Origin: an uncultured Chloroflexia bacterium
Lineage (GTDB): Bacteria > Chloroflexota > Limnocylindria > Limnocylindrales > CSP1-4
Direction: 5' to 3'
Length of the DNA: 64,000 bases
Assembly: GCA_963712745.1 (NCBI GenBank)
Contig: CAVQJC010000004.1
Span: 128,001-192,000, forward strand
Made by a program: the position numbers and the translations under genes. Of this stretch, positions 1 through 12,186 are shown piece after piece (position 1 is the stretch's first letter; each line of letters starts with the position of its first letter). Under the pieces are notes generated by a model, which ran no database searches, was not told the DNA's origin, and saw only the letters and a list, made by a program, of their open reading frames with translations.

Positions 1-1
1 C

Positions 2-2026
<2,025 letters not shown>

Positions 2027-2141
2027 ACAGCCGACCGGAGACCGCTACCCGGCGCGGGAGGATGGTACTGCCGCTGCCCCACCGGCGAGGCGCTACGATG
2101 GGACCGTTCTCCTCATCTTGCTGGTGACAAAGGACCTGCCT

Positions 2142-2894
2142 GTGACCTTCGATTTCCTCAAACGCAAGAAAGATGAGCCCAAGGGCCCACCACGTTCCCT
2201 CGGGCTGCCCGACCCGGGCATCCTGACCGAGGAGCCGCCGGCTGAAGACTATGAGCTGAAGCTGACGTACCGCGCCCGTAGCAGCAAGGGCGTGCGCTTC
2301 GGGCCGGGCGAAGGCTCGGTCGGTTCGCTGCCGCACATGCTCGAGCAATTCGCCAAGTCGCCCATCGAGCTGATCGAGCCGCTCGACCCGCAGTTCGCCG
2401 ATGCCAACCCCGCGGTCATGCGCACGATCGAGGCATCGCAGTGGCTGAACGCGCATCACCATCGCTCACCCGTCACGCGCTATGGCCTGATGGTGCTCGA
2501 GACGCTCGACGCCATCGACCCGGCCTTCGAATCCATCGCTCTGTGCCTGCTAGACGGCGACCTCGACTCGGCCGGCTACCCCGACTACACCGGCATCATC
2601 GGCGCGGTGGCCTCGTACTGGGACGAGGTCACCGGTGATCAGATGGTGCGCGGCATCGTCGGTTGGGGCGGCAAGGGCGTGCGAGGCGACACCGAACGCA
2701 ACGCGACTCGAATGCTCAGTGCCCTCCTCGTCGCCATCGTGGGCACGCGTGGTGCCGCCGAGCTCGTCGAGCTCGACCGTCCGTTGCCGCCCGATTCGGG
2801 CGCGGGACTGGTTTGCCCACACTGCCAGTTCGCGCAGGTCGGCAAGAGCGCGTTCTTCTGCCCCAAGTGCGGCATGCGCCTGCTGCGAGGCTAG
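2142..2894 (+). CDS. Hypothetical protein with C-terminal zinc ribbon (CPHC...CPKC)
   Basis: GTG at 2142 preceded by AAGGA; GC-rich codon usage; two CxxC pairs at C-terminus. Confidence 0.75.
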   Translation: MTFDFLKRKKDEPKGPPRSLGLPDPGILTEEPPAEDYELKLTYRARSSKGVRFGPGEGSVGSLPHMLEQFAKSPIELIEPLDPQFADANPAVMRTIEASQWLNAHHHRSPVTRYGLMVLETLDAIDPAFESIALCLLDGDLDSAGYPDYTGIIGAVASYWDEVTGDQMVRGIVGWGGKGVRGDTERNATRMLSALLVAIVGTRGAAELVELDRPLPPDSGAGLVCPHCQFAQVGKSAFFCPKCGMRLLRG

Positions 2895-2897
2895 GCC

Positions 2898-3248
2898 GTG
2901 CCGCTGTACGACTATCGCTGCACGCAGTGCGCTCGTGAGGTCGAGGTGATGCACGGCATCCACGAGACCGGCCCAGAGGTCTGCGAGTCGTGCGGCGGAG
3001 CCATGCGCAAGGCGCTCTCATCCCCGGCCATCCACTTCAAGGGCAGTGGTTGGGCCAAGAAGGACGCGGCCGCGAGCGCCAGGAAACCCAAGCCGGCGTC
3101 GAGCGATGCCAAGACGGATACCTCCGGCAAGACCGCCAAGGGCGAGACCAAGTCGGGCGACGCCAGCGACCGCTCCGCGAAGGGCAGCGCGGAAGGTGCT
3201 GGAAGCAGCGACAAGGCCGCTTCCTCCGGCGGCGCCAAGTCGGACTAG
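2898..3248 (+). CDS. FmdB-family zinc-ribbon regulatory protein
   Basis: MPLYDYRCTQC...H...CESCGG...FKGSGW signature, low-complexity K/S/A tail. Confidence 0.9.
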   Translation: MPLYDYRCTQCAREVEVMHGIHETGPEVCESCGGAMRKALSSPAIHFKGSGWAKKDAAASARKPKPASSDAKTDTSGKTAKGETKSGDASDRSAKGSAEGAGSSDKAASSGGAKSD

Positions 3249-3262
3249 GGGAGGCTCCGAGC

Positions 3263-3511
3263 ATGCCGCGTGTCGCATCCGACTGGATCAGCCTTACCGA
3301 GGCGGCCAGGATCTTCGCCGACGCCAACGTGCCCGTCAGCCGCTCGACGCTGGCGCGCTGGGCGCATTCGGGCAAGCTTCAGTCGATCCAGCCCGGCCGC
3401 AACATCTACGTCCGCCGAGCCCAGGTTCGGGCGATGCTGCGGCCAAAGAGACGGCGTGGGGTCAAGGCGACCGATGTCCAGCCTGGCTTGTTCGAGGACC
3501 TCGAGGGTTGA
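3263..3511 (+). CDS. Small helix-turn-helix DNA-binding protein (excisionase/HTH_17-like)
   Basis: GGAGG RBS; WISLTEAARIF...SRSTLARWAHSGKL...VRR pattern. Confidence 0.8.
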   Translation: MPRVASDWISLTEAARIFADANVPVSRSTLARWAHSGKLQSIQPGRNIYVRRAQVRAMLRPKRRRGVKATDVQPGLFEDLEG

Positions 3512-4497
3512 CCGCCGGAGACGCTGAGCCTCCTCACCGGGCTGGGCCCCCACCGCGCCAGCCACCGGTACTGGGCTGGCGAGCGCGCTTGGAGGGACTA
3601 CAGCGGTCGGCCCTGCGCTCACCTCCGATGCGAACGCTCCTGGAGGTCATGCGTGCCTACGACCGCGGCGGGGGCGGCATGCTTGCGGGCGCGCTGGCCT
3701 ACTTCGCCTTCTTCACCATCGTCCCGTCCTTGCTCCTGTTCGTGGGCCTGCTCGGCGTCATCGTCGAGGATGAGGGTCTCCGCCAGGAGCTGATCCAGGG
3801 CCTGGTCAACCAGATCGACCCCATCCGCGACCTGGCCGAGGAGCTGTTGGGCGGCCTGGCCGGGAGCGGTCGCACCAGCACCATCGTCGGCGTCCTCGGC
3901 CTGCTCTGGGGTGCCAGCGGGTTCTACGGAGCCCTGCAGGGCGCCATGCAACGCATGTTTCCCGGCACTCGTTCGCGAGACTTCCTGCGCACCCGGCTGC
4001 GCGGCATCGTCACGGTGGTGGCCGTGCTCGGCGTCCTGCTCATCGCCGTGATCGTCATCTTCGCTCTGCCGTATGTGAACCAGTGGCTCGATACGCAATG
4101 CCGTGACCTCGTTGCGCTCGACCTCATCGTCATCGAACGGCTCTGCGCCGTCGATTTCGCGCAGGTCACCGGCGCCGTCGCCGTCGTCGGCGCCATGGGC
4201 GTCGCCTTCCTGCTGGTGCTGATGGTCTACGTGGTAGTGCCACCGGATGGACCCAGCTTCCGCCAGGCCTTCTGGCCGGCCGTCGTCATCGGCCTCATCA
4301 TCGGCCTCTTCACCGCACTGTTCGGCTGGATCGCGCCGTTGCTCGTTCGCCACTGGCTGGCCCTGGGCATCGTGGGCAGCGTGTTCATCGCGCTGATCTG
4401 GCTGAACCTGGTGTTCCAGGCACTCATCTACGGGGCCGCGTTCGCCCGCCTTCGTCGCGATCGCGACCGGGTCAGAAGGGGCGCACCGCGCCTCTAG
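3508..4497 (+). CDS. YihY/virulence factor BrkB family membrane protein (start uncertain: TTG 3508 or ATG 3628)
   Basis: AGALAYFAFFTIVP, LLWGASG, LIWLNL...LIYGA motifs; multiple TM segments. Confidence 0.85.
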   Translation: MTAGDAEPPHRAGPPPRQPPVLGWRARLEGLQRSALRSPPMRTLLEVMRAYDRGGGGMLAGALAYFAFFTIVPSLLLFVGLLGVIVEDEGLRQELIQGLVNQIDPIRDLAEELLGGLAGSGRTSTIVGVLGLLWGASGFYGALQGAMQRMFPGTRSRDFLRTRLRGIVTVVAVLGVLLIAVIVIFALPYVNQWLDTQCRDLVALDLIVIERLCAVDFAQVTGAVAVVGAMGVAFLLVLMVYVVVPPDGPSFRQAFWPAVVIGLIIGLFTALFGWIAPLLVRHWLALGIVGSVFIALIWLNLVFQALIYGAAFARLRRDRDRVRRGAPRL

Positions 4498-4515
4498 TCG
4501 GCAGCACCCCGTGGC

Positions 4516-6525
4516 TCAGCCTTGCGGGGCACCACAGCGGCGGCAGAAGCGGGCCTTCGCCGAGAGCATCAAGCCGCAACTGGGACATGCGTGCGTGCCG
4601 GGCGCGGCCGGGAGCGGCGGCGTGGGCCGAGCCGGCTGGGCCGCTACTGGGGGAGCCACGTACGCTGGTGGGGCCACGGCAGGTGCTGGCGGCGGCACGG
4701 CGGGCGGCGGCGCCAGTGGAGGTGGCGGGACCCCGGGTGCACCCGGGGTGGGCGTCTCGGTCGGTAGCGCCGGGGTAGCGGTGAACGCAGCCGTCTCCGG
4801 TGCCGTGGGCGTAGGCAGCTGTTCCGGAGTGGGACGTGACTGGGTCGGCGCTTCGAAGGGTTGATTGAAGGGCCCTGGTCCGTAGGGTGTCGCCCAGATC
4901 TCGATGCTCGGCTGCGAAACGGGGGTCGGCGGATCGAGCGGCCGGAGCGGTGGGTGTGCCTCCGCTGGCGACGACGAAGGTGGATCCAGGCCGCCCACGG
5001 GGGGCGCCGGCTCTGGCTGCGGGGACGGCTCCGGCATTGCGGAGTCAAGCTCGGTGGCACGGACCCCTGCGTCAGCCGCGGACCCGTCGGCGGCCAGCGC
5101 GTTGGCAGCCAGCGCGGGTTCCGGTTCCAGGGCCGTCGGCTCTGGCTCTGATCCAGGGACGGCCGGTTCGGGGGCGGGCTCTGCGGTGAGATCCCGGTAT
5201 ACCTCATACGGGTCGGCGGCGGCAGGTTCCGGCACCGCCTCGACCACGGGTTCGGGTTCGGGCGTAGCCGCGACCTCGGGTTCGGGTTCGGCGGCGGCAG
5301 GTTCCGGCACCGCCTCGACCACGGGTTCGGGTTCGGGCGTAGCCGCGACCTCGGGTTCGGGTTCGGCGGCGGCAGGTTCCGGCACCGCCTCGACCACGGG
5401 TTCGGGTTCGGGCGTAGCCGCGACCTCGGGTTCGGGTTCGGCGGCGGCAGGTTCCGGCACCGCCTCGACCACGGGTTCGGGTTCGGGCGTAGCCGCGACC
5501 TCGGGTTCGGGTTCGGCGGCGGCAGGTTCCGGCACCGCCTCGACCACGGGTTCGGGTTCGGGCGTAGCCGCGACCTCGGGTTCGGGTTCGGCGGCGGCAG
5601 GTTCCGGCACCGCCTCGACCACGGGTTCGGGTTCGGGCGTAGCCGCGACCTCGGGTTCGGGTTCGGCGGCGGCAGGTTCCGGCACCGCCTCGACCACGGG
5701 TTCGGGTTCGGACGTAGCCGCGACCTCGGGTTCCGTCGGCGCCTTCGCCGTCGTGGACTCGGCTCCCTCGACCTGTTCGCCAGCCGCGGGCCAGGCCCCC
5801 GGTGCGGCCTCGACGGAGCGCTGCTGCGGCGGACGGTCGACGACGGGCCATGCTTCCGCTTCCGGTGGCACTCCACGGTCGGAGCCGAAGTCGATGGTGG
5901 GGGAGGGCGTCTGAGGCAGTGCGGGTCCCAGCGAGGCAGGAGGTGCGTTCGTGGCACCACCTTCAGCCCCCTCGTCGCTGGAGAAGACGACACCTCGCCA
6001 GGGATCGAGTTCGCCGTCGGCATCGGCAGAGGGAGGCGTGAAGACCAGGGGCGTATCCGGCCCGGGCGCCGGCTCCTCGGCCCGGGGACGGCCCCACTCG
6101 TCGAGCTGCGATGCGCCCTTGCCGCGCGAATGGCTGTAGTCGCCTCCAAAGAGCGGCTGCTCGCTGGTCGACCTGGCGCTGGGCGCGAACGGCCTCACCT
6201 TCGCTGGTGCTTGCGACGCCGGTTCTTCCGCAGCCTGCGGGGGTCGGCAACTGAGGCAGTATCCGGCTTCCGGATTCCAGCATCTGTTGCAGGCGTATTG
6301 CCGGCAATCCAGGCAGAAATGGAAGGTGCCTTCGAACTGTTCGCTCGAAGGGGAGGCGGTCGCCGGTCGCGACGGACCCTCTTGCTTGGGCGTCTCGGGC
6401 GCACGCCGGCCGAACCGACCCAGCACGCCGCGACTCGTTTCGGCAGCTGGTTCTGGTTCCGGTGCGGTGAACGTGTAGCGCGTCCCGCATCGCTCGCAGA
6501 AGGACTGGAGGACGTTGTCGGTCAT
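4516..6525 (-). CDS. Pro/Glu/Ala-rich protein with N-terminal Cys-rich zinc finger, 25-aa repeats and C-terminal zinc ribbon
   Basis: FCERCG...[14 protein letters not shown]...CLSC at N-terminus; CPSCG...FCRRCG at C-terminus; 669-aa ORF. Confidence 0.8.
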   Translation of the reverse strand: MTDNVLQSFCERCGTRYTFTAPEPEPAAETSRGVLGRFGRRAPETPKQEGPSRPATASPSSEQFEGTFHFCLDCRQYACNRCWNPEAGYCLSCRPPQAAEEPASQAPAKVRPFAPSARSTSEQPLFGGDYSHSRGKGASQLDEWGRPRAEEPAPGPDTPLVFTPPSADADGELDPWRGVVFSSDEGAEGGATNAPPASLGPALPQTPSPTIDFGSDRGVPPEAEAWPVVDRPPQQRSVEAAPGAWPAAGEQVEGAESTTAKAPTEPEVAATSEPEPVVEAVPEPAAAEPEPEVAATPEPEPVVEAVPEPAAAEPEPEVAATPEPEPVVEAVPEPAAAEPEPEVAATPEPEPVVEAVPEPAAAEPEPEVAATPEPEPVVEAVPEPAAAEPEPEVAATPEPEPVVEAVPEPAAAEPEPEVAATPEPEPVVEAVPEPAAADPYEVYRDLTAEPAPEPAVPGSEPEPTALEPEPALAANALAADGSAADAGVRATELDSAMPEPSPQPEPAPPVGGLDPPSSSPAEAHPPLRPLDPPTPVSQPSIEIWATPYGPGPFNQPFEAPTQSRPTPEQLPTPTAPETAAFTATPALPTETPTPGAPGVPPPPLAPPPAVPPPAPAVAPPAYVAPPVAAQPARPTPPLPAAPGTHACPSCGLMLSAKARFCRRCGAPQG
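5213..5733. repeat. Tandem repeat, 75-bp unit, ~7 copies, in-frame ([25 protein letters not shown])
   Basis: GGCAGGTTCC recurs at 5221, 5296, 5371, 5446, 5521, 5596, 5671; units identical except one base in the last. Confidence 0.95.
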
Positions 6526-6757
6526 GGCGCGGCGGCGCTTCTCCCTCGGGCAGGCTCGGAGTCGGATGAGGGTGGATGTGGGTGCAGAGTATCGGCAAGT
6601 AGCGGTTGCAGGCTACCAGCACGGGGGTACCGACGCCAACGTGCACCTATGGTCCCGGGGGCCACCCTGTTTGCCCAAAGCCGGGCGTGGGCTACCATTC
6701 GCGGACCACAGCGTCCCGCATCGTCCGGACCCAGCCCAACACGAGGACCTGCAGCCA

Positions 6758-7732
6758 GTGGCCAAGATCCAGGAATCTGGGGAACGCGTCGCCGCCAACG
6801 TCGAACGTGTCATCGTGGGCAAACACCGCGAGGTCAGGCTTGCACTCGCGGCTCTGCTCTGCCAGGGACACCTGCTCATCGAGGACGTCCCCGGCACCGG
6901 CAAGACCATGCTGGCCCGCGCGCTGGCCCGCAGTCTGGACTGCACGTTCAAACGCATCCAGTTCACACCGGACCTGCTGCCGACCGATGTCACCGGGCTC
7001 TCGATCTACAACCAGAAGAACCAGGAGTTCGAGTTCCGGCCGGGCCCGGTGGTGAGCCAGATCGTGCTCGCGGATGAGATCAACCGCGCTACGCCCAAGA
7101 CGCAGTCGGCTCTCCTTGAGGCCATGGAAGAGAGGCATATGACGGTCGACGGGGTGACGCGCCCCCTGCCCGAGCCGTTCATGGTCATCGCCACGCAGAA
7201 CCCCATCGAGTACGAGGGCACGTTCCCGCTGCCCGAGGCGCAGCTCGACCGCTTCCTGCTGCGATTGCGCATGGGCTATCCCGAGCCGATGGACGAGATG
7301 CTCATCCTCGACGAGCAGAAGCGTGCCCACCCTGTCGACAGCCTCACGCCCGTGGCCGATGGGCCGGCCGTGCTAGAGATGCAGCGCGCTGTGCGAGAGG
7401 TGTATGTCGATCCGGCCATCTCGGACTACATCGTCCGGCTGGTGAGCGCCACGCGCTCGCACCCCGACGCCTATCTCGGCGCCTCGCCGCGGGGGTCGCT
7501 GGCGCTGTACCGGGCCAGCCAGGCCCTCGCTGCCCTGACCGGCCGCGACTACGTCATCCCCGATGACGTCAAGGCGCTGGCGGAGGCGGCGCTGGCACAC
7601 CGCATCATCCTCAAGACCGCGGCCTCGATCCGCGGGGTGGAGCCGCGCAACATCGTGAGTGAGATGCTGATGTCGGTTCCGATCCAGGCTCCGCGGCCGA
7701 GTGCGGAGGCACGCGGGATGCGCCAGGCGTAG
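6758..7732 (+). CDS. MoxR-family AAA+ ATPase
   Basis: [60 protein letters not shown]; GTG 6758 after GAGGA. Confidence 0.95.
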   Translation: MAKIQESGERVAANVERVIVGKHREVRLALAALLCQGHLLIEDVPGTGKTMLARALARSLDCTFKRIQFTPDLLPTDVTGLSIYNQKNQEFEFRPGPVVSQIVLADEINRATPKTQSALLEAMEERHMTVDGVTRPLPEPFMVIATQNPIEYEGTFPLPEAQLDRFLLRLRMGYPEPMDEMLILDEQKRAHPVDSLTPVADGPAVLEMQRAVREVYVDPAISDYIVRLVSATRSHPDAYLGASPRGSLALYRASQALAALTGRDYVIPDDVKALAEAALAHRIILKTAASIRGVEPRNIVSEMLMSVPIQAPRPSAEARGMRQA

Positions 7733-7758
7733 GCGCGCCGGAGCGCAACGAGGCGGCC

Positions 7759-9030
7759 ATGCTGCGCAACCTGGGGTTCCTCGTCACCGTCGGGCTCGTC
7801 GTCACGGCCGCGGCCATCACCGGTTCCACGGAGGTCTACTTCTTCCTCTATCTGGGCTTGGTCGTGGTCGGCCTGGCCTACCTGCTGGCGCGACGCGGGC
7901 TGACCAACCTCGAAGCCGGCTCGTGGCTCGATCGCCAGCACGCCACGGTTGGCGACACGCTCACGGTCACCTATACCTTGCGCTCTTCAGCCCGCCTGCC
8001 CAAGCCGTGGCTGGAGACCCACAGTCCGTCCACGTTGCCCGTTGCCATCCCCGGCCGCGTCATCTCGCTGCGTCCGCGCACCTCCCGCACCTGGGCCTCA
8101 CGCGTGCACTTGACGCACCGTGGCCAGTACCGGGTCGATCCCATGGTGGTGCGCACGGGCGACCCCTTCGGCCTGTTCGAGTCTGTCGCTTCGGTCGGCC
8201 CCGGGTCGGCGCTGCTGGTGTACCCGCAGGTGCAGCCCCTGCCGGCCTGGACACTGCCGCCTTCCGCCATCGAGGGCGCCTCGGCACGCGCCGTGCACGG
8301 CCCACACCTCACGCCCCTGGTCACGACGGTTCGTCCCTACACGCCCGGCGACGCCTTCAACCGCATCCACTGGCGCTCGAGTGCCCGCCACCAGGAGCTG
8401 CAGGTCAAGGAGTTCGACATCGAGCCCTCGGCCGACCTGTGGGTCTTCCTTGACCTCGATCGCAGCGTGCACACGGGTGTCGGAGCCACATCCACCATCG
8501 AGACCGTCGTGGCTACGGCCGCTGCGCTGGCCTCGCATGCCCTGACCGATGACCGGGGCCTGGGCCTGGAAGCCATCGGCTTGCGGCGTGCCGTCATCGC
8601 GACCGACCGCGGAGCGCGTCAACAGCACAAGGTGATGAGTCTGCTGGCCGTGGCCCAGGCGGAAGGAGCGACACCGCTTGCTGAGGTCATCGTGGAGGGT
8701 TCGAGCCGCATGCGCCGGGGCACGGTGGCGCTTGCCATCACGCCTTCGCTCGATCGCTCGTGGGTCGCGCCGCTGGCCTCCATGCGTGGCGTCGGAGTGG
8801 CCCCCATCGTCTGCCTCGTCGATCCGCTGGCCCACGAGGCCGCCAGTCAGGCGGCCGCCGGCCAGCCCCCCGCGGAGCCCTCAGAACGCGAGCCACGCGA
8901 GCAGCAACTCCGGGCGCTCCTGCACCTGCTGGGTGAGCACGATGTGCGCGCCTACCTGATCAAGCCGGACATCGCACTGGGGGAGCAGCTGGTCACCACC
9001 CGCGAAGGTCTCCGGGCGGGCGTGTCATGA
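7759..9030 (+). CDS. DUF58 domain protein
   Basis: DPFGLF, VRPYTPGDAFNRIHWRSSAR...VKEF; typical position after MoxR. Confidence 0.9.
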   Translation: MLRNLGFLVTVGLVVTAAAITGSTEVYFFLYLGLVVVGLAYLLARRGLTNLEAGSWLDRQHATVGDTLTVTYTLRSSARLPKPWLETHSPSTLPVAIPGRVISLRPRTSRTWASRVHLTHRGQYRVDPMVVRTGDPFGLFESVASVGPGSALLVYPQVQPLPAWTLPPSAIEGASARAVHGPHLTPLVTTVRPYTPGDAFNRIHWRSSARHQELQVKEFDIEPSADLWVFLDLDRSVHTGVGATSTIETVVATAAALASHALTDDRGLGLEAIGLRRAVIATDRGARQQHKVMSLLAVAQAEGATPLAEVIVEGSSRMRRGTVALAITPSLDRSWVAPLASMRGVGVAPIVCLVDPLAHEAASQAAAGQPPAEPSEREPREQQLRALLHLLGEHDVRAYLIKPDIALGEQLVTTREGLRAGVS

Positions 9031-11414
9031 GCACGGGCCGCCGGCGTTGGCCGCGCCTCCTGGGGGCTCCTGAGCAGGGCTGGTCGAGCCTGCTGCTGAT
9101 GCTGGGCCTGCTCCTGCTGCTGGGACTCTCGATCGCGGATGGACGGCCGCTGGTGCTCGTGCCCGGCCAAACCCCGCCGACCGACGCATTGCCCGTGCTC
9201 ATGCTGGCGGGCGGGCTGATCGGCTACCTGCTGGCACGCAGCTCGCTGGGGGTGGTGCGCGCACATGTCCTGGGCGCGACGGCAGCGGCCATGCTGCTGC
9301 TGCTCGTGGCCGGAGGGTCGCTGCTCGGTGAGGCCGCCACCCCGCTGGCAAGCTGGGCTGCGGTGACCGAGCGCATCGAAGCCGTCTGGGGCCGGCTCGA
9401 CTCCGACGTCGCGGCCATCGTCGACTACCTCGCCGAGGACGAGCCAGGCGGCGGTCTGGCGCCGACGGTGGCCACGTTCCTCGTCTTCGGAGCGGTCTGC
9501 TGGACCACGGCGCAGTTCAGCGCCTTCAGCGTATTCCGCTACGACCGTGGTGGCCCCGCGGTCATGGCCATCGGAACGGTGCTCTTCCTCAACGTGGGCC
9601 TCGAGTCCCTCGTCGCCGACGCCGAACGACTGCCGGTCGTCCCCGTGCTGGCCATCTTCGCGGCGCTGGCCATGCTGCTGCTCATGCGCCTGCAGTTGAT
9701 GCAGCAGCGACTGCAGTGGGCCCGACGCCATATCTCCGACACGGGCGAGGTCAGCCGCCTCTTCCTGCGCACCGGCCTCGTCTTCGTGCTGCTGACCGTG
9801 CTAGGTGCAAGCTCGCTGACGACGTGGGCCACGGTCGACGCACAGGAGCTCGACGTCGGCGGCCTCGAGGATGCGCTTGACGACTTGGGGGAGGAGTTGG
9901 CGCGATGGTTGCCGGTGGTAGCCGGACCCGCGCCGCGTGAAGCCCGTACGACAAGAGACGATGACTGGACGGTCGAGGAACGATGGGACGAGGATCGCGC
10001 CACCGGCACCGCCTTCGAGGCCCGCCTGGAGGGTCAGTTGCGCGGCAACTACTGGTGGGGCTGGGCGGACGACCAGTTCGACGGCTTCCGCTGGTCGACC
10101 TCGCAGAAGAGCGGGCTGGACCTGCTGCCGAGCGAGCCACTACCGGTCGCGCCTGAGGCCAGCTCCGGCGGGCGCGACCCCGTACGTGCCACGATCACGC
10201 TCGGCGACACGGGTTACGTCGGCGGGATGGTCTTCCGCCCCGCGGAGGCGCGCGTCATCGACAGGGCCGTGACGGCGTACCGCATCGACGACGGCGGGGG
10301 CATCGGCGATGTGACATACAGCCAGCCGCTGCGGTCCGGAGACGAAGTGGTCGTCGACTCGTTGGTGCGCGACTACGGCAGCGGCGGCACCAGCCCGACG
10401 GCCAACGAGCTGCGAGCGGCCGGCGACTTCTACCCGCTGTGGACCGATCGCTACCTGCAGGGCGCCGGCGACGCAAGCATCAACGGGGATCGGGTTCGCG
10501 CCGAAGCCGCGCGCATCGCCGCTCGCAAGGACAACGCCTACGACGCGGCGGTCCTGCTTCAGGACCGGCTGCGAAGCTGGGAATATGAGACCGAGATGGG
10601 CTCGATCTGCGCTTCCTACCAGTCGATCCCCGAGTGCGTGCTCGATGTCAAGCAGGGGTTCTGCCAGCACTACGCGACCACCATGACGATGGTCTTGCGG
10701 GAGCTGGGGATCCCGGCACGCGTGGTCACCGGCTACCTGCCCGGTGAGCGAGCGAACGGCGTGGTCACCGTGCCCCAGCGGGCATTCCACAACTGGGTCG
10801 AAGCCTACTTCCCCGGTTACGGCTGGATCCGGTTCGACCCCACTCCCGGCGAGCGTGGGCTGGGCCAGGAGCGGACGGGCTTCGAGGACGGGCCGGAGAT
10901 CGGTCCGGGCGAGACGCTGCCACCGGATGTCGACTTCTCGCCCGAGCCCGATGGATCGTTCGAGCCGGACCCGACCGCATCCCCTATCCCGGGGGCGGGA
11001 CCGACTGGAGGCTCGGGTGATCTCGACACCGGCATCCTCGTCATCAGCATCTCCGGCCTGGTCGCGCTCGCGCTCGCGCTCGCGAGTGTCCTGTTGCTGT
11101 TCCGACTGCGGCGGATGCCGGGCGCGGACGGCGGGCTTGCCTACAGCGGCATCGTCAGCCTGGCCACGCGCCTGGGCTACGGGCCGCATCCCTCGCAGAC
11201 CGAGTACGAGTACGCGGAAGCGTTGTCGGAGGCCATCCCTTCGGTGCGCGACGACCTTCACCTGGTGGCCGACGCGCGAGTCGAGACCCGCTATGGGCGG
11301 CGCCATCTCGACCCGCAGCACATTGGCGCCCTGAGGCGCGCGTACGCCCGCATCCGAACGGCACTGTTGCGCCTCTCACTGCGGCTCACCCGCCGGCCGG
11401 AGCAGCGGGACTGA
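9027..11414 (+). CDS. Membrane-anchored transglutaminase-like protein (TgpA-type)
   Basis: Catalytic triad GFCQHYA / HNWVE / FDPT; N-terminal multi-TM region; C-terminal TM plus DUF4129-like tail. Confidence 0.9.
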   Translation: MSTGRRRWPRLLGAPEQGWSSLLLMLGLLLLLGLSIADGRPLVLVPGQTPPTDALPVLMLAGGLIGYLLARSSLGVVRAHVLGATAAAMLLLLVAGGSLLGEAATPLASWAAVTERIEAVWGRLDSDVAAIVDYLAEDEPGGGLAPTVATFLVFGAVCWTTAQFSAFSVFRYDRGGPAVMAIGTVLFLNVGLESLVADAERLPVVPVLAIFAALAMLLLMRLQLMQQRLQWARRHISDTGEVSRLFLRTGLVFVLLTVLGASSLTTWATVDAQELDVGGLEDALDDLGEELARWLPVVAGPAPREARTTRDDDWTVEERWDEDRATGTAFEARLEGQLRGNYWWGWADDQFDGFRWSTSQKSGLDLLPSEPLPVAPEASSGGRDPVRATITLGDTGYVGGMVFRPAEARVIDRAVTAYRIDDGGGIGDVTYSQPLRSGDEVVVDSLVRDYGSGGTSPTANELRAAGDFYPLWTDRYLQGAGDASINGDRVRAEAARIAARKDNAYDAAVLLQDRLRSWEYETEMGSICASYQSIPECVLDVKQGFCQHYATTMTMVLRELGIPARVVTGYLPGERANGVVTVPQRAFHNWVEAYFPGYGWIRFDPTPGERGLGQERTGFEDGPEIGPGETLPPDVDFSPEPDGSFEPDPTASPIPGAGPTGGSGDLDTGILVISISGLVALALALASVLLLFRLRRMPGADGGLAYSGIVSLATRLGYGPHPSQTEYEYAEALSEAIPSVRDDLHLVADARVETRYGRRHLDPQHIGALRRAYARIRTALLRLSLRLTRRPEQRD

Positions 11415-11430
11415 GGGCTGACGGGAACCG

Positions 11431-12186
11431 CTACACCGGCCGGGATAGCACCGCGATGTGCTCGTCCAGGTTATGAGCCCGCAGCTGCACGACACCGGCC
11501 GAAAGGTCGAGCACGCTGACCGAGGCCAGGGCCAGCGGGAACGACCAGAAGTGCTCGATGCCGATCCCGAGCAGATCGAGCATCAGCAGGCGCAGAACGC
11601 CGTCGTGGGCCACGACGATGACCCACTCCGGCTCATCACCGCCCGTAAACGTGCGCTCGTAGCCGAGGACGGGTTCGGCCGCAGCCTTGCCTGCACCCTC
11701 ATCGGCACTGGTCACGTCTCCCGCACCCAGGATCGTCTGGCGCGCCAGACGAGCCCGCAGCAGTGCGTCCTGCAGGGATTCGCCCCCGGGGGCGTGATTA
11801 TGCAGGGGGTCCGACCGCCAGGCCGCCAGCTCTGCCGGCCAGCGGGCGCGAACCGCATCGTGGCTCAGGCCTTCCCACTCGCCCTGGCCCAGCTCCATGA
11901 GCGAGTCAAGCGGGCGCAGCGGTGCATCGGCGGCCCGAGCGTCATGGATGGCCTCGGCGGTCTGGGCGGCCCGGAGCAGGGGAGAGTGCCAGATGGCCGC
12001 AGGCGCGCGGTCTGGCACCGGCACCGACGGCATCCGGGCTGGTACAGCGAGGCGCTCCGCGACCGCTGCAGCCTGTCGCTTGCCGGCGTCGGACAGCGGC
12101 GGATCCCCATGGCCCTGGAAGCGACCCTCGGCGATCCACTCCGACTCGCCGTGGCGGACGAGCGCGAGGATCGTCGGCCGGCTCAC
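11431..12186 (-). CDS. Histidine phosphatase family protein, probable phosphoserine phosphatase (PspA-like)
   Basis: RHGES...GRFQG, E.GQGEWEG, VAHDG; coupled to serA stop codon. Confidence 0.85.
   Translation of the reverse strand: MSRPTILALVRHGESEWIAEGRFQGHGDPPLSDAGKRQAAAVAERLAVPARMPSVPVPDRAPAAIWHSPLLRAAQTAEAIHDARAADAPLRPLDSLMELGQGEWEGLSHDAVRARWPAELAAWRSDPLHNHAPGGESLQDALLRARLARQTILGAGDVTSADEGAGKAAAEPVLGYERTFTGGDEPEWVIVVAHDGVLRLLMLDLLGIGIEHFWSFPLALASVSVLDLSAGVVQLRAHNLDEHIAVLSRPV

Noticed and set aside
3263-3511. Prophage or ICE excisionase
   Set aside because: No integrase, att sites or phage genes nearby
5213-5733. CRISPR array
   Set aside because: Units are contiguous and identical with no unique spacers, 75 bp is a multiple of 3 inside an ORF, and no cas genes are present
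4904-5914. Gly/Ser-rich 336-aa ORF (adhesin or ice-nucleation-like)
   Set aside because: Antisense shadow of the repeat in the minus-strand zinc-finger gene
6758-11414. MoxR-DUF58-transglutaminase triad as a novel system
   Set aside because: Widespread, already recognised gene arrangement
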